IMG/VR virus record: IMGVR_UViG_3300020029_000014
Location: 1 to 6,091 of that record
Direction: 5' to 3' (one strand)
Length of the DNA stretch: 6,091 bases
Source of the DNA: a virus
Shown here: positions 5,638-6,091 of the stretch, in pieces
Layout: each line of letters begins with the position of its first letter
Numbering within the stretch: position 1 is the stretch's first letter
The notes under the pieces: generated by a model
What the model was told of the DNA's origin: nothing
Databases searched by the model: none
The model's input: only the letters and a program-made list of their open reading frames with translations
Made by a program: the position numbers and the translations under genes

Positions 5638-5973
5638 ATGAAAAAAACAAGTGAGATGTCTAGGCTTAACAATTCAAGAGTAAACGACTTAGTGGTTGAC
5701 GTTATCGAGTACATTTTCATAGAATGGCTCGTTCGTCGAGGAATATTTGCCGCTTTTCGGGCGAATTGCGATGTCGCCCCTCCTCATTGCGGCAGTTTTC
5801 GTAAACATTTGCGCTCTATCGTTCGGTTTTCTCTTCGCACTTCTGATCTTGCGCCCAGGTGTCTTATCTCCTCTGCTTTTATATTTGCCCTGACGCCCGA
5901 GGGTACCGCTTTTTGGATGGAGCAATCCGACGCTTGGCAGCGTTTTTGTGCTAAGCTTCGAACAAAATTTTAA
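5638..5973 (+). CDS. Hypothetical basic protein, 111 aa, Arg/Trp/Cys-rich. No domain recognised.
   Basis: It is the only + strand ORF in 5560-5973, and the antisense ORF 5689-5925 is a codon-aligned shadow of it. It starts after the candidate promoter. Its stop (5971-5973) is the first triplet of the terminal repeat. An alternative start is the ATG at 5656. Codon usage (aga, agg, tca, tta, ata early in the gene) differs from the core genes. Confidence 0.6.
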   Translation: MKKTSEMSRLNNSRVNDLVVDVIEYIFIEWLVRRGIFAAFRANCDVAPPHCGSFRKHLRSIVRFSLRTSDLAPRCLISSAFIFALTPEGTAFWMEQSDAWQRFCAKLRTKF

Positions 5974-6091
5974 ATTATATAGCTATGACAGAAATTCACG
6001 TTGTTATTCGCCGGATCAACCCGGCTCTCAAAATCGATCTTGTCCAGGTAGGGTGCTTCAAAGATCGTCAATTCGAACCTCTTCCCTTTGA
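5971..6091. repeat. Terminal redundancy, copy 2 (identical to 1-121).
   Basis: Exact 121/121 identity to the window start. Confidence 0.97.

Noticed and set aside
666-5925. Nine minus-strand ORFs, including a 216-aa ORF at 2487-3137, all rich in R/K/N/T/I/S.
   Set aside because: Eight of the nine are codon-aligned antisense to the real genes, because the ORF end coordinate falls on codon position 3 of the + strand frame. NNT codons therefore read as ANN, which cannot be a stop and encodes exactly this residue set. The exception, 4573-4905, is antisense to the Ala-rich coiled-coil region of VP2. ORF 5487-5720 spans the VP2 end and an intergenic gap. Microviridae genes are on one strand.
5985-6091. 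An apparent extra gene start at the 3' end of the window.
   Set aside because: It is the redundant copy of the first 107 nt of the 15-338 CDS, inside the terminal overlap. It is not a separate gene.

Overview
The window is one complete, circularly permuted Microviridae (small ssDNA phage) genome. The unit length is 5,970 nt. An exact 121-nt terminal redundancy (1-121 = 5971-6091) marks a circular molecule that was linearised by assembly. All credible genes are on the + strand, tightly packed, and mostly use T-ending codons.

Three genes can be named from sequence motifs:
- Rolling-circle replication initiator (VP4-like, 681-1751), with an HUH motif and a YxxKYxxK motif.
- Major capsid protein (VP1/F-like, 1755-3557).
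- DNA pilot/minor capsid protein (VP2/H-like, 4193-5557).

Five further small + strand ORFs have no function I can recognise:
- 107 aa, acidic (15-338).
- 67 aa, with its stop overlapping the Rep start (478-681).
- 98 aa, very acidic, directly after the capsid gene (3570-3866).
- 63 aa, with a signal peptide plus lipobox (4000-4191).
- 111 aa, basic (5638-5973).

There are only three non-coding gaps:
- 339-477 contains a GC-rich multi-stem element.
- 3867-3999 contains a second GC-rich multi-stem element.
- 5558-5637 contains an alternating GAAC/GTTC array with a phiX174-origin-like AACTTGATGTT motif, followed by a Bacteroides-type TAnnTTTG motif.

None of the eight start codons has a Shine-Dalgarno sequence. 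That fits a Bacteroidota-type host but does not prove it.

All other ORFs in the six-frame track can be explained as compositional shadows of the real frames. No tRNA, rRNA, CRISPR array, transposase or integrase is visible. Functions other than VP1, VP2 and VP4 are inference only, and no database search was possible.
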